IMG/VR virus record: IMGVR_UViG_3300048997_000353
Coordinates: 44,442 to 108,441 of that record
Strand: one strand, 5' to 3'
Source of the DNA: a virus
DNA: 64,000 nucleotides
In this document: positions 63,946-64,000 of the stretch, piece by piece
How the letters are laid out: every line of letters starts with the position of its first letter
How positions within the stretch are numbered: the stretch's first letter is position 1
The notes under the pieces: generated by a model
Database searches by the model: none
What the model was told of the DNA's origin: nothing
What the model saw: only the letters and a program-made list of their open reading frames with translations
Position numbers and translations under genes: made by a program

Positions 63946-64000
63946 TTACATATGAGAGCAAGAGTCAACCTTTCTTGGGCTTACGGGAAGCAGCCGCAAC

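Noticed and set aside
1-64000. Genome-wide TAG reassignment suggested by two amber tRNAs
   Set aside because: Long structural genes are uninterrupted under code 11 and several genes end at TAG (e.g. 14255, 31335, 39913, 46052, 63605).

Overview
The window is a 64 kb piece of a large dsDNA phage or prophage genome. The left arm (mostly minus strand) carries glycosyl- and methyltransferases, head genes (major capsid, scaffold, prohead protease, portal fused to a gpF-like domain), a tRNA cluster, a replication initiator, many small accessory genes and the terminase. The right arm (plus strand, from about 38.5 kb) is an early/accessory region with HNH, a WGR-domain ATP-dependent ligase, a Ycf46-like AAA ATPase, a NiCoT transporter, Ku, ParB proteins and DUF5131. 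The stand-out feature is at 20.8-25.2 kb. A lone Cas7-like RAMP gene (21999-22814), with no other cas genes in the window, sits among three non-CRISPR arrays. Together these hold 55 copies of a 6-nt anchor (GCCGCT on +, AGCGGC on -) separated by unique segments with strict 5-nt periodicity, (NN-GTN)n-NN. By manual count 43 of 52 units have length 8+5n. Two structured RNA leaders and a near-consensus sigma70 promoter complete a candidate programmable RNA-guided system with an interleaved guide code. Other notable items: two amber (CUA) tRNAs directly downstream of a peptidyl-tRNA hydrolase gene whose third codon is TAG; a type I hammerhead ribozyme; a C-terminal R-A-I-x-L-(E/D) tag on about ten unrelated proteins; and a repeated extended RBS cassette. 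All calls come from manual reading of the sequence and the ORF track; no searches were run.
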